From Pseudodesulfovibrio mercurii (GTDB taxonomy: Bacteria > Desulfobacterota > Desulfovibrionia > Desulfovibrionales > Desulfovibrionaceae), in NCBI RefSeq assembly GCF_000189295.2, contig NC_016803.1, positions 2,430,001 through 2,462,000 on the forward strand: 32,000 nucleotides of DNA, given 5' to 3'. Made by a program: the position numbers and the translations under genes. This document shows, piece after piece, positions 1-8,454 of the stretch (positions are counted from its first letter, which is position 1; the number at the start of each line of letters is the position of its first letter). The notes beneath the pieces were generated by a model. That model was not told the DNA's origin. It worked only from the letters and a program-made list of their open reading frames with translations, and ran no database searches.

Positions 1-1
1 G

Positions 2-700
2 GCCGTGGCCATCGAACGCGGCATCATGAACCGCGAGCTCATCCTGCGCATGATGCAGATGGCCGAGCTGCGCGACCCCTCGGAGACCGGGGCCCACGTC
101 CAGCGGGTGGGCGCGTACTGCGCCGAGATCTACGGCACCTGGGCCGCCCGCCGGGGCCATTCGGCAAAGGAGATCAAGCGGACCCGCGACAACCTGCGCC
201 TGGCCGCCATGCTCCACGACGTGGGCAAGGTCGGCATCTCCGACGCCATCCTCAAAAAGCCCGCCAAGCTGACCGCCGAGGAATACGACATCATGAAATG
301 GCACACGGTCTACGGGGCCCGGCTCTTCCGGAACCAGACCTCGGAGCTGGACCGCATGTCCATGGAGATCGCCCTGTGCCACCACGAAAAATGGGCGGCA
401 CCCGGCTACCCCTCCATCCCCCTGGACCAGGTCTGGCACGAGTCCCCGGACCTGGGCGGCGCCGTCCTCAACGGCGAGGACATCCCCCTGTCCGCGCGCA
501 TCTGCGCCGTGGCCGACGTGTACGACGCCCTGGCCTCGCCCCGGTCCTACAAGGACCCCTTCCCGGACGAGAAGTGCCTGGACATACTGGAGAAGGACGC
601 GGGCACCCACTTCGACCCCGAGGTCGTGGAAATCTTCCTGGAGATCTTCGACGTGATCAAGGCCATCCGCGACAAGTGGGTGGAGGTCCGGGAAAAGTAG
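2..700 (+). CDS. HD-GYP domain phosphohydrolase (c-di-GMP phosphodiesterase type), 5' end cut by window edge
   Basis: The frame is open to the window start. It has an HD motif (LHDVGKVGI) and an HHE..GYP-type motif (CHHEKWAAPGYP). Stop at 698-700. Confidence 0.75.
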   Translation, partial: AVAIERGIMNRELILRMMQMAELRDPSETGAHVQRVGAYCAEIYGTWAARRGHSAKEIKRTRDNLRLAAMLHDVGKVGISDAILKKPAKLTAEEYDIMKWHTVYGARLFRNQTSELDRMSMEIALCHHEKWAAPGYPSIPLDQVWHESPDLGGAVLNGEDIPLSARICAVADVYDALASPRSYKDPFPDEKCLDILEKDAGTHFDPEVVEIFLEIFDVIKAIRDKWVEVREK

Positions 701-704
701 GCCC

Positions 705-1616
705 ATGACCATATCCGACATGAAACTGTACGACTTCGTCGATCCGGTGGACGCCGAGTGCGTCCGGCGGGAGACCGAGGACCTCATGCGGGCGCTCTTT
801 CCCGACTGCGACGCCACCCTGTTCCGCACCGCCTTCGCCGACGTGGAGGACCTGTTCGCGGGCCGCTACCCCGGCTACCGGGCGAGCAACACCCGCTACC
901 ACAACTTCGAGCACACCTGCTCCGTGGTCCTGGCCTCGGCCCGCCTGCTCTACGGGGCCATGGTCCAGGGCGAGCCCCTGACCGAGGCCGACTGCCTCAA
1001 GGGACTGCTGGCCTCGCTCTTCCACGACGTGGGCCTCATCCAGGACGTGGACGACACCCGGGGCACCGGGGCCAAGCACACCGTGGGCCACGAGGAGCGG
1101 TCCATCCTGTTCATGCGCGGCTACCTGGACAACGTCCTGTCCGAACAGGACATCGAGGACATCGCCGACTGCATCCGCTGCACCATCCTGGCCATGCCGC
1201 CCTCCAGGATCGCCTTCCGCACCGAGACCATGCGCCTGATGGGCTACTTCACCGGCACCGCCGACCTGCTGGCCCAGATCGCGGACCGCTACTACCTGGA
1301 AAAGCTCCTCCTGCTCTTCGAGGAATTCAAGGAGGCCAGGCTGCCCGGCTACGACAGCGCCTTCGACCTGGTGATCAAGACCCGCTCCTTCTACAAGGAC
1401 GTGGCCCGCCCGCGGCTGGACCGCGAATTCAAGGGCGTGGACCGCCACATGCTCGCCTACTTCCGGTCCTGGCGCAACGTGGACAAGGACCTCTACCGGG
1501 AGGCCATCGACCGCAACCTGGCCTACCTGGACAAGATACTGGCCGAATGCAATGCGAACCTGGACGAATTCGTGGCCAGACTCCGCCGCAGCAACAACCA
1601 GGAACCGCTCTGCTGA
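705..1616 (+). CDS. HD-domain metal-dependent phosphohydrolase-like protein
   Basis: 303-aa ORF starting 5 nt after the previous stop. It has H...HD signatures (YHNFEHTCSV, LFHDVGLIQD). The overlapping frames look like GC-rich shadow ORFs (Arg/Pro/Gly rich). Confidence 0.6.
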   Translation: MTISDMKLYDFVDPVDAECVRRETEDLMRALFPDCDATLFRTAFADVEDLFAGRYPGYRASNTRYHNFEHTCSVVLASARLLYGAMVQGEPLTEADCLKGLLASLFHDVGLIQDVDDTRGTGAKHTVGHEERSILFMRGYLDNVLSEQDIEDIADCIRCTILAMPPSRIAFRTETMRLMGYFTGTADLLAQIADRYYLEKLLLLFEEFKEARLPGYDSAFDLVIKTRSFYKDVARPRLDREFKGVDRHMLAYFRSWRNVDKDLYREAIDRNLAYLDKILAECNANLDEFVARLRRSNNQEPLC

Positions 1617-1671
1617 CGGCCGCCGTCCGGCCGCCCCTGTTCCGCCGGGCCACCAAGGGAGACGACAACGC

Positions 1672-2922
1672 ATGAACCGCGACACCCAGGCCTTCGAATC
1701 CATGTTCATCGCCCGCCAGCCGGTCTTCACGCCCGACGAGTCCGTGTGGGGATACGAACTGCTCTTCCGCACCGGCCGCGACAACGTGGCCGTGATCGGC
1801 GACGAGTCCCAGGCCACGGCCTCGGTCATCGCCGACGGCCTGACCCTGGCCACCGATGGCATGGACCAGGCCGCCCGCATCCTCATCAACTTCCCGGAAA
1901 AACTGCTCGTGGAAGACGCCGGGTTCGCCCTGCCCAAGGACCGCTGCGTGGTCGAGATCCTGGAGAACGTCCGGCCGAGCAGGGCCGCCCTGGCCGCCAC
2001 CCGGCGGCTCAAGGACGCGGGCTACACCCTGGCCGTGGACGACTTCGTCGGACAGGACGAGCTGCGCCCCTTCCTGGAGCTGGCCGACATCGTCAAGGTG
2101 GACGTCCTGGCCCAGAACAGCGACCCCGCGCGCATCGGCCGGTCCCTCCGGGACCTGCCCGCCGATACCACCCTGTTGGCCGAAAAGGTCGAGGACAACG
2201 AGACCTTCAAGGTCCTGCGCGACATGGGCTTCACCCTGTTCCAGGGATTCTTCTTCAGCCGCCCGGAGATCATCCCCGGCCGCAAGCTGACCGCCAACGA
2301 GACCACCAAGCTCCAGATCCTCGGCGAACTGGCCAAGCCGGACTTCGAACCCGCCCGCCTGGCCGCCGTGCTCCAGTCCGACCCGAGCCTGACCTACCGC
2401 CTGTTCCGCTACGTCAACTCCGCCGGGTTCGGCCTGGCCGAGAAAATCACCTCGGCCAAGCGGGCCATGGACATGATGGGCATGATCCGGGCCAAGCAGT
2501 GGCTACGCAGCGTGATCATCGCCGACCTCAACCCGTCGCCCAGGGCCGGGGAACTGGCCTACCTGGCCGTGCACCGGGCCAAATTCCTGGAATCCGTCTG
2601 TTCCTGCTCCAACCGGCCCGTGTGCGAGCCCGACACCCTGTTCATGACCGGCCTGTTCTCCCTGCTCGACGCCATGCTCGGCATGCACATGAACGATATC
2701 CTCAAGTCCCTGCCCCTGGAGGAATCCGTGGCCCAGGCCCTGAACGGCACCGGCGACCTCTACGACCTCCTGCGCCTGGCCACCAGCTACGAACGCGGCC
2801 AGTGGGGAGAGACCACCCAGCGCCTGAAGAAACTCTCCATCGACTCCCTACAGGCCGAACTGCTCTACATCCAGGCCCGCACCTGGGCCCAGAAGACGCT
2901 CGGCTACTCCAAGAACGACTGA
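1672..2922 (+). CDS. EAL-domain plus HDOD-domain signalling protein
   Basis: EAL-family motifs are present in order: QPVF, VVEILEN, LAVDDFVG, IVKVD, LAEKVED, QGFFFSRP. A helical C-terminal half resembles HDOD. I chose the ATG at 1672 (MNRDTQ) because the upstream part of the 1552 ORF is Arg/Pro-rich junk that overlaps the previous gene. Confidence 0.75.
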   Translation: MNRDTQAFESMFIARQPVFTPDESVWGYELLFRTGRDNVAVIGDESQATASVIADGLTLATDGMDQAARILINFPEKLLVEDAGFALPKDRCVVEILENVRPSRAALAATRRLKDAGYTLAVDDFVGQDELRPFLELADIVKVDVLAQNSDPARIGRSLRDLPADTTLLAEKVEDNETFKVLRDMGFTLFQGFFFSRPEIIPGRKLTANETTKLQILGELAKPDFEPARLAAVLQSDPSLTYRLFRYVNSAGFGLAEKITSAKRAMDMMGMIRAKQWLRSVIIADLNPSPRAGELAYLAVHRAKFLESVCSCSNRPVCEPDTLFMTGLFSLLDAMLGMHMNDILKSLPLEESVAQALNGTGDLYDLLRLATSYERGQWGETTQRLKKLSIDSLQAELLYIQARTWAQKTLGYSKND

Positions 2923-3026
2923 TCCGCCGGGCCCGACCCCGTGCCCACGATTGGTTTAGACATTTTCATGGAAATGTGTAGACTTTTGGGCGCGGCGGAA
3001 AACCGCATCCCAGGGAGTCAAAGAAG

Positions 3027-3866
3027 ATGAAGAATCAGGCAAAGTTGCCCATCGGCATGTTCGATTCGGGCGTGGGCGGGCTGACCGTGCTCAAGGCGCT
3101 GCGCGAACGCATGCCCTGCGAGGACGTCCTCTATCTCGGCGATACCGCGCGGCTGCCCTACGGCACCAAGTCGCCCCAGACCGTCACCCGCTACGGCGTG
3201 CAGTGCGGCGCGGAACTGATCAAACGCGGCATCAAGCTGCTCGTGGTGGCCTGCAACACCGCCTCGGCCGTGGCCCTGGACGCCCTGCGCGAGGCCAACC
3301 CCGGCGTGCCCGTCATCGGCGTGGTCGATCCCGGCGCGCGCGCCGCCTGCCAGGCCACCACCAACCAGGCCGTGGCCGTCATCGCCACGGAATCCACCAT
3401 CGCGGGCGGGGCCTACCAGCGCGCCATCCACGCCATCAACCCCCAGGCCCGCATCCTTGGCCACCCCTGCCCCCTGTTCGTCGCCCTGGCCGAAGAGGGC
3501 TGGACCGACGGACACGTCCCCGAAGCCGTGGCCGCCCGCTACCTCGACCCCATCTTCAAACCCGCGTCCGGCACCGAACACCCCGTCATCCCCGACACCC
3601 TCGTGCTCGGCTGCACCCACTTCCCCCTGCTCGCACCGGCCATCCGCAACGTCGTCCCCGAACACACCACCATCGTGGACTCCGCCGCCACCACCGCCGA
3701 AACCGTGTACCGCGAACTCGACCGACTCGGCCTCAACCGGCCCGAAAACGGCTGCGGCTCCACCCGCTACCTCACCACCGACGACGTCCCCCGCTTCGCC
3801 CGCACCGGCTCCCGCTTCCTCGGCACCCCCATCGCCGAAAAAGACGTCGAACTCGTCGACCTGTAA
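3027..3866 (+). CDS. murI: glutamate racemase
   Basis: 279 aa with the classic Asp/Glu racemase motifs GMFDSGVGGLTV, VVACNTASA and LGCTHFPLL. Confidence 0.9.
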   Translation: MKNQAKLPIGMFDSGVGGLTVLKALRERMPCEDVLYLGDTARLPYGTKSPQTVTRYGVQCGAELIKRGIKLLVVACNTASAVALDALREANPGVPVIGVVDPGARAACQATTNQAVAVIATESTIAGGAYQRAIHAINPQARILGHPCPLFVALAEEGWTDGHVPEAVAARYLDPIFKPASGTEHPVIPDTLVLGCTHFPLLAPAIRNVVPEHTTIVDSAATTAETVYRELDRLGLNRPENGCGSTRYLTTDDVPRFARTGSRFLGTPIAEKDVELVDL

Positions 3867-3898
3867 CAGGGCAGACGGACGGGACGGCGTGCGGGGAA

Positions 3899-4543
3899 GG
3901 CCTCCGGCGGCCCTCCGGGAGCCCCTTCCGGGGGAGCCTCCGGCGGCCCCTTCGGGGAGACCAGGGCGCTGCCCTATCGCTGCTGTCGACGGCTCTAAGA
4001 CCGAGCAAGCTCGGCCTAAGACCCGACGCGGCCCCGCTCAAGGCCGAGGGCCTTGAGAATCCCATTGCCTCGCTGCGCTCGGAGTGTGTGCGGCGGAGGA
4101 AGGCTGGCGCGGGACGCCTTCCGCCGTGCCTGTGCGCGATTTCGGGCGGGTGTTTTTCTTTAAGAAAGAAATAGCTCACTATATCTACCGCTTCGCCACC
4201 GATTACCAACGCCGCTAAACCTTCATAATGCGTCCCGCCATCCCCGCCTGCGGCGTTGGCAACCGTCCCGAAGGGTTCGCGCCGGGTGGCCACGGGCCCC
4301 GGAGGGCCGCCCGGCGCGAACCCTTCGGGACACCGCCTGCCCGCCCCCAGCCAATCCCCCGCCAACGATCTCCCACTCTTCCGCTACCCCTCCTCTCCCC
4401 ACACGCACACCTCCCCGCGTCCGCACGCCCCTGCCGAAGGCACACAAAAAGTTTGGGAGAGTCCAGAGAACCCTTTTCAAAGGGTTCTCTGGCGGGGTCC
4501 GGGGCAGCGCCCCGGCCGCCGGAGGCATCCCCCGTGGCGGAGG
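3899..4543. repeat. gene-free spacer packed with GC-rich dispersed and palindromic repeats
   Basis: The 13-mer GCCTCCGGCGGCC occurs at 3900 and 3936 (+) and 4514 (reverse complement), and again at 6528. A 22-bp perfect inverted repeat spans 4265-4286 / 4310-4331. A 13-bp-arm hairpin spans 4463-4475 / 4480-4492. The ORFs predicted here are Pro/Arg/Gly-rich on both strands. Confidence 0.8.
4445..4530. repeat. REP-like element copy A (CAAAAAGTTTGG - hairpin - CCCGGCCGCCGGAGGCAT)
   Basis: It shares its termini and a central AACCCTT/AAGGGTT hairpin with the copy at 6526-6634 (opposite orientation) and partly with 6753-6824. Confidence 0.7.
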
Positions 4544-5191
4544 TCAGGCCTCGGCGTGGGGGAGGAGGATGTCGTTGCCGTCCATGGCGATCTCGCCGTT
4601 GTCGGCCATTTTGCGCAGGGTACGGGAGAGTGCTTCGGGGGTGATGCCGATGATTTTGGCGAGTTCGCGTTGGGAGAGGTCGAGGGTGACGCGGCCGTTT
4701 TGGTGTCGACTTTCGAAGTAGGCCATGAGTCGCGAGGGCACCTGTTTGAGGGACAGGGAGTCGATCATGTCCATGGCGTCCTTGAGTCGTCGGGACATGA
4801 CCCGCATCATGGTCAGGAGGATAGACGGGTCTTCGCGCACGAGGCGTTCGTATTCCTTGGGTCGGATGAACAGGACGCGGCTGTCTTCGAGGGCGCCGAG
4901 GTTGGCGGGCAGTTTGCCGTCGGAGAAGGTGGAGCAGAGGCAGAAGGGTTCGCCGGGTCCGAAGACGAAGATGGTCTGTTCCTTGCCGTCCTCGGCCAGG
5001 CGGAAGAGTTTGACCTGTCCGGACAGGAGCACGTGCAGTCCCTGGGCGGAGTTGTCCTCGCTGAAGAACAGGGAGCGCTTGGGAAAGCGCAGGACCTCGG
5101 CGTGGGAGGCGATGCGGTCGAGCTGGGTCTCATCGAGCCGGGCGAAGACGGGAAAGGCGCGGATTTCGTTCTTGAGATCGATGGGCTGCAT
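4544..5191 (-). CDS. Crp/Fnr-family transcriptional regulator
   Basis: 215 aa. The N-terminal part looks like a cNMP-binding beta-roll (GEPFCL..., RLAEDGKEQT). The C-terminal part is an HTH (SQRELAKIIGITPEALSRTLRKM). Confidence 0.85.
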   Translation of the reverse strand: MQPIDLKNEIRAFPVFARLDETQLDRIASHAEVLRFPKRSLFFSEDNSAQGLHVLLSGQVKLFRLAEDGKEQTIFVFGPGEPFCLCSTFSDGKLPANLGALEDSRVLFIRPKEYERLVREDPSILLTMMRVMSRRLKDAMDMIDSLSLKQVPSRLMAYFESRHQNGRVTLDLSQRELAKIIGITPEALSRTLRKMADNGEIAMDGNDILLPHAEA

Positions 5192-5217
5192 AAAAATCCC
5201 CGAAAAAATGCTGATCG

Positions 5218-5231
5218 TTGATCGAGATCAA
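5218..5231. promoter_or_regulatory. perfect FNR/CRP-type palindrome TTGAT-CGAG-ATCAA
   Basis: Read directly in the divergent intergenic region. It lies 27 nt upstream of the Crp/Fnr gene start (5191) and 63 nt upstream of the ATG at 5294. Confidence 0.6.
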
Positions 5232-5293
5232 TGTGTGACGCGCGATTTGGGCCTAGTTTGGGGGCGAAAACGAGAAAAAGCAAGGAGGACCCC

Positions 5294-5512
5294 ATGAGCG
5301 CAACCATTCACTGTCCGTACTGCAACGCCGCCCGCGAGGCGGGCGAGTTTGACGGCTACGCCCCCTTCTACGTCAATTGCGAGGAATGTTCCAGGCGGTA
5401 CATCGTCGAGCCGGTGCGCAGCGGGGTGGTCGTCTACCGCGACGGCGAGGCCCCCTGTTGTTCCGACCCCGAGTGCCGCGCCACCGAGATGGCCGGATCG
5501 GGCCAGGAATAG
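5294..5512 (+). CDS. Cys-rich miniprotein (zinc-ribbon-like, 72 aa)
   Basis: An AAGGAGGA RBS at 5282-5289 sits 4 nt before the ATG at 5294. Cys pattern: CPYC...CEEC...CC..PEC. It ends 18 nt before the permease gene. Confidence 0.55.
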   Translation: MSATIHCPYCNAAREAGEFDGYAPFYVNCEECSRRYIVEPVRSGVVVYRDGEAPCCSDPECRATEMAGSGQE

Positions 5513-5530
5513 ATTTTACGAGGAGTTTTC

Positions 5531-6517
5531 ATGTTCAAATTATTGCAGAAACTGACCAGGAACCTGATCTACGCCATTCCCGCGATGATGCTTGCCGGGT
5601 TCGCCTACGGGTTGTGGGCGGACACCGGCTGGCTGAAGAGCGCGATCATCCCGTTCACCTTCCTCATGGTCTATCCCATGATGGTCACGCTCAAGGTACG
5701 GAAGGTCTTCGAGGGGGGCGACGCCAAGGCGCAATTCCTGACCCAGCTCATCAACTTCGGGCTGATTCCCTTCCTGACCTTCGGCGTCGGCCTCCTCTTC
5801 TTCAAGGACAACCCGTACATGGCCCTGGGGCTGCTCCTGGCCGGGCTGGTGCCGACCAGCGGCATGACCATCTCCTGGACCGGGTTCGCCAAGGGCAACA
5901 TGTCCGCCGCGGTCAAGATGACGGTCATCGGGCTCATTGTCGGGTCCCTGGCCACGCCGCTGTACGTCAAGACGCTCATGGGCGCGACCATCGAGATGCA
6001 GCTGCCCGCCGTGTTCAAGCAGATCCTGTTCATCGTCTTCCTGCCCATGCTCCTGGGCTACCTGACCCAGCGGCTGCTGGTGAAGCGCTACGGGCAGCAG
6101 ACGTTCCAGCGCGACATAGGGCCGAAGTTCCCGGGGCTGTCCACGGTGGGCGTGCTCGGCATCGTGTTTGTGGCCCTGGCCCTCAAGGCCAAGACCATCG
6201 CGGCCGCGCCCGGCGTGCTCGTGGACATCCTGGTGCCGCTGATCCTGCTCTACGCCTTCAACTTCCTGCTCTCCACGGTCATCGGCAAATCCCTGCTGCC
6301 GCGCGGCGACGCCATCGCCCTGGTCTACGGCTCGGTCATGCGCAACCTGTCCATCGCCCTGGCCATCGCCATCAACGCCTTCGGCGCACAGGGCTCGGAC
6401 GCCGCCCTGGTCATCGCCATGGCCTACATCGTCCAGGTCCAGTCCGCCGCCTGGTACGTCCGCTTCACCCCCAAGGTCTTCGGCCTGCCCGAAGAGATGC
6501 TCCACCAACCGGCTTAG
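5531..6517 (+). CDS. BART-superfamily permease (ACR3 arsenite / bile acid:Na+ symporter-like)
   Basis: 328 aa and polytopic. The segments MVYPMMVTLKVRKV and LAGLVPTSGMTISWTGFAKGN parallel the ACR3/SBF signature regions. No substrate is assigned. Confidence 0.6.
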   Translation: MFKLLQKLTRNLIYAIPAMMLAGFAYGLWADTGWLKSAIIPFTFLMVYPMMVTLKVRKVFEGGDAKAQFLTQLINFGLIPFLTFGVGLLFFKDNPYMALGLLLAGLVPTSGMTISWTGFAKGNMSAAVKMTVIGLIVGSLATPLYVKTLMGATIEMQLPAVFKQILFIVFLPMLLGYLTQRLLVKRYGQQTFQRDIGPKFPGLSTVGVLGIVFVALALKAKTIAAAPGVLVDILVPLILLYAFNFLLSTVIGKSLLPRGDAIALVYGSVMRNLSIALAIAINAFGAQGSDAALVIAMAYIVQVQSAAWYVRFTPKVFGLPEEMLHQPA

Positions 6518-6525
6518 GAGGAAGA

Positions 6526-6634
6526 ATGCCTCCGGCGGCCGGGGGAAGGGGAGAGGGGAACCCTTTTCTCAAAGGGTTCCCCTCTCCCCTTCCCCCGGAC
6601 CCCCCATCCCCTCTCCCTTCCTAAACTTTTTGGC
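6526..6634. repeat. REP-like element copy B, containing a 27-bp perfect-stem hairpin (6539-6565 / 6572-6598)
   Basis: Its reverse complement aligns with copy A at both ends (CAAAAAGTTT... / ...CCCGGCCGCCGGAGGCAT). I verified the stem base by base. It starts 9 nt after the permease stop. Confidence 0.75.
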
Positions 6635-6752
6635 GCCGCTTCGCGGGGCGGGAATCGGGGGACCGTGCGAATTGGCGAAGATATCAACGGGTCGGGAAAC
6701 CTGTTCGCGAAAACCGCACGGCCCACCGCGACCGACCCCGCGAACGCGGCGA

Positions 6753-6824
6753 CAAAAAGTTTGGAAGGGGGGTCCAGGGGGGAAACTTTTCCCCAAAGTT
6801 CCCCCCTGGCCGATCGCTGCTGTC
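6753..6824. repeat. REP-like element copy C (CAAAAAGTTTGG - imperfect hairpin - ATCGCTGCTGTC)
   Basis: It has the same 5' end as copy A. The hairpin at 6774-6809 has one bulge. The 12-mer ATCGCTGCTGTC (6813-6824) also occurs at 3976-3987. Confidence 0.6.
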
Positions 6825-6840
6825 CTCATTCGTAGGCATC

Positions 6841-6886
6841 AAAAAAAAACCCCCGCCCGACGGCTTGGCCGTCGGGCGGGGTTTTA
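6841..6886. terminator. bidirectional rho-independent terminator
   Basis: A9 run, then 14-bp GC stem CCCCGCCCGACGGC / GCCGTCGGGCGGGG (6851-6864 / 6868-6881), then TTTTATT. It lies between the permease region and the convergent ligase gene. Confidence 0.8.
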
Positions 6887-6906
6887 TTGATAGCGTCAGT
6901 GCGCGG

Positions 6907-8172
6907 TTAGTCCCAGGTGCGTTTGTCTTCGATGGGGCGGATCTGCGGGGGCAGGGTGCCGGGGGCGAGGACCTTGAGGATGGGGCGCAGTTTGATCTTT
7001 TCGCGGAAGAGGTGGAGGAGTTCGTCCTCCTGGTTGAACTGGCCCGCCTCGATGGACAGGATCATCTCGTCGATGCCGCCGGGGTTGGTGACTTCGATCT
7101 GCCAGCGCTTGACCTCTTCGAACCGGGCCATGACCTGCTCGACCTGGTGGGGGTAGACGAACATGCCCTTGATGCGGGCGGTGGTGTCCACGCGACCGAC
7201 GATGCCGCCCAGGCGCGGGGAGGTGCGGCCGCAGGCGCACGGGGCGCGGTCCAGGTAGCCGAGGTCGCCGGTGGCCAGGCGGATGAGCGGGTAGGTGCGG
7301 TTGAAGGCGGTGACCACGATCTCGCCGACCTCGCCGTCCTTGAGCGGGATGCCGGTGTCGGGGTGGCAGATTTCCACGTAGGCGCGGTTGGACAGGTGCA
7401 GGCCGGACTTGTGGAAGCATTCGTAGCCGATGCAGCCCACGTCGGCGGTGCCGTAGCCCTGGCGCATGATGCAGTCGAACTTCTTTTCCAGGGTGGAGCG
7501 CATCTTCTCGGAGAACTTTTCGCCGGTGACGAAGGCCACTTCGAGGAACAGGTCCTTGCGCAGGGACAGGCCCGCTTCCTCGGCCTTCTGGGCCAGGTGC
7601 ATGAGGTAGCTGGGCGTGCCCACGTAGCCGGTGACGCGCAGCTTCTGCATGATCTCGATCTGGGAGTTGGTGTTGCCGGGCCCGGCGGGCACCACGGCGC
7701 AGGACAGGTTGCGCAGGGGTTCCTCGAACATGAGGCCCGCGGGCGCGAGGTGGTAGTTGAAGGTGATCTGGGCCAGGTCGCCGGAGCGGAAGCCCGCGGC
7801 GTAGAAGCCTTCGGTCCAGCCCCAGTAGTCCTCGGAGCGGTCCTCGGGGTCGAAGATCGGACCGGGGGAAAGGAACACGCGCTGCAGCTCGCCCAGGTCC
7901 TTGGTCAGCAACCCGCCGAGGCGGGGGCCCATGGACTGGAGAAAGATGAGTTCCTTTTTCTTGATGATGGGGATATGCTTCAGGTCGTTCAGGGTGCGGA
8001 ACTTGTCCACGTTGAACTGGGCGCGGTCGAACCGCTTCTTGACGTCCTCGGAGTAACGGTAGGCGTAGGAGAGCAGCTCCTTCAGCTGCAACTGGCAGTA
8101 CTGCCTGCGCTCGGACTCGTCGAGCACCTCGCGGCGGGAATAGATTCCCTCGGTGCGGTCTTTTCGTGTCAT
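6907..8172 (-). CDS. phenylacetate-CoA ligase (PaaK) / F390-synthetase-family adenylate-forming enzyme
   Basis: 421 aa, colinear with the PaaK layout: N-terminal L..IP.I.KKEL, GTPSY, GYGTADVG..GYEC, IRL.TGDL, CACGRTSPRLGGIVGRVD, GMFVYP.QVE. The canonical SSGTTG P-loop is not seen. Confidence 0.65.
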   Translation of the reverse strand: MTRKDRTEGIYSRREVLDESERRQYCQLQLKELLSYAYRYSEDVKKRFDRAQFNVDKFRTLNDLKHIPIIKKKELIFLQSMGPRLGGLLTKDLGELQRVFLSPGPIFDPEDRSEDYWGWTEGFYAAGFRSGDLAQITFNYHLAPAGLMFEEPLRNLSCAVVPAGPGNTNSQIEIMQKLRVTGYVGTPSYLMHLAQKAEEAGLSLRKDLFLEVAFVTGEKFSEKMRSTLEKKFDCIMRQGYGTADVGCIGYECFHKSGLHLSNRAYVEICHPDTGIPLKDGEVGEIVVTAFNRTYPLIRLATGDLGYLDRAPCACGRTSPRLGGIVGRVDTTARIKGMFVYPHQVEQVMARFEEVKRWQIEVTNPGGIDEMILSIEAGQFNQEDELLHLFREKIKLRPILKVLAPGTLPPQIRPIEDKRTWD

Positions 8173-8372
8173 ATGTGTGCTCCTTGGTGGCTTGATACCC
8201 GTTTTGAACGGGGAGCGGGACTATAACACGGCAGAATATTTTTGCAAGAAAAACTTTAAATTTACAGATATTCCGATCAGTTGCAAGGACAAAATTACAT
8301 CTCCCGCAAGTTGCAGAATATGCTTGACACCACAATCCCAAATGGATACTCATACCTTCCCTGAAGGGTCAT

Positions 8373-8448
8373 GGGTCGTTAACTCAGTTGGTAGAGTATC
8401 TGCCTTTTAAGCAGAGAGTCACTGGTTCGAGCCCAGTACGACCCACCA
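8373..8448 (+). tRNA. tRNA-Lys (anticodon UUU)
   Basis: 76 nt. Acceptor GGGTCGT/ACGACCC, D-loop AGTTGGTAGA, anticodon loop CTTTTAA, T-loop GGTTCGAGCC, encoded CCA. Confidence 0.9.
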
Positions 8449-8454
8449 GAATGC

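Noticed and set aside
1552-1671. Upstream extension of the EAL-HDOD ORF; similarly 5231-5293 for the miniprotein and 19501-19509 for DUF2188
   Set aside because: The extensions are junk-like or overlap the previous gene or the RBS. Better starts, with an SD or a clean N-terminus, lie downstream.
657-2012. 451-aa minus-strand ORF antisense to the HD and EAL genes
   Set aside because: Its composition is Ala/Gly/Arg/Val-rich and of low complexity, typical of shadow frames in ~65% GC DNA. The sense strand has motif-bearing proteins.
3772-4644. Several 76-197-aa ORFs on both strands in the murI-crp spacer; also 4256-5221 (+), which runs antisense into crp
   Set aside because: They are built from palindromic repeats, so the same peptide motifs (for example EPFGT) appear on both strands. 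Composition is Pro/Arg/Gly-rich and there are no RBSs.
6865-8226. 453-aa plus-strand ORF and 485-aa minus-strand ORF (6896-8353) overlapping the PaaK-like gene
   Set aside because: These are Gly/Ala/Asp/Arg-rich shadow ORFs without motifs. The 6907-8172 frame carries the ligase motifs.
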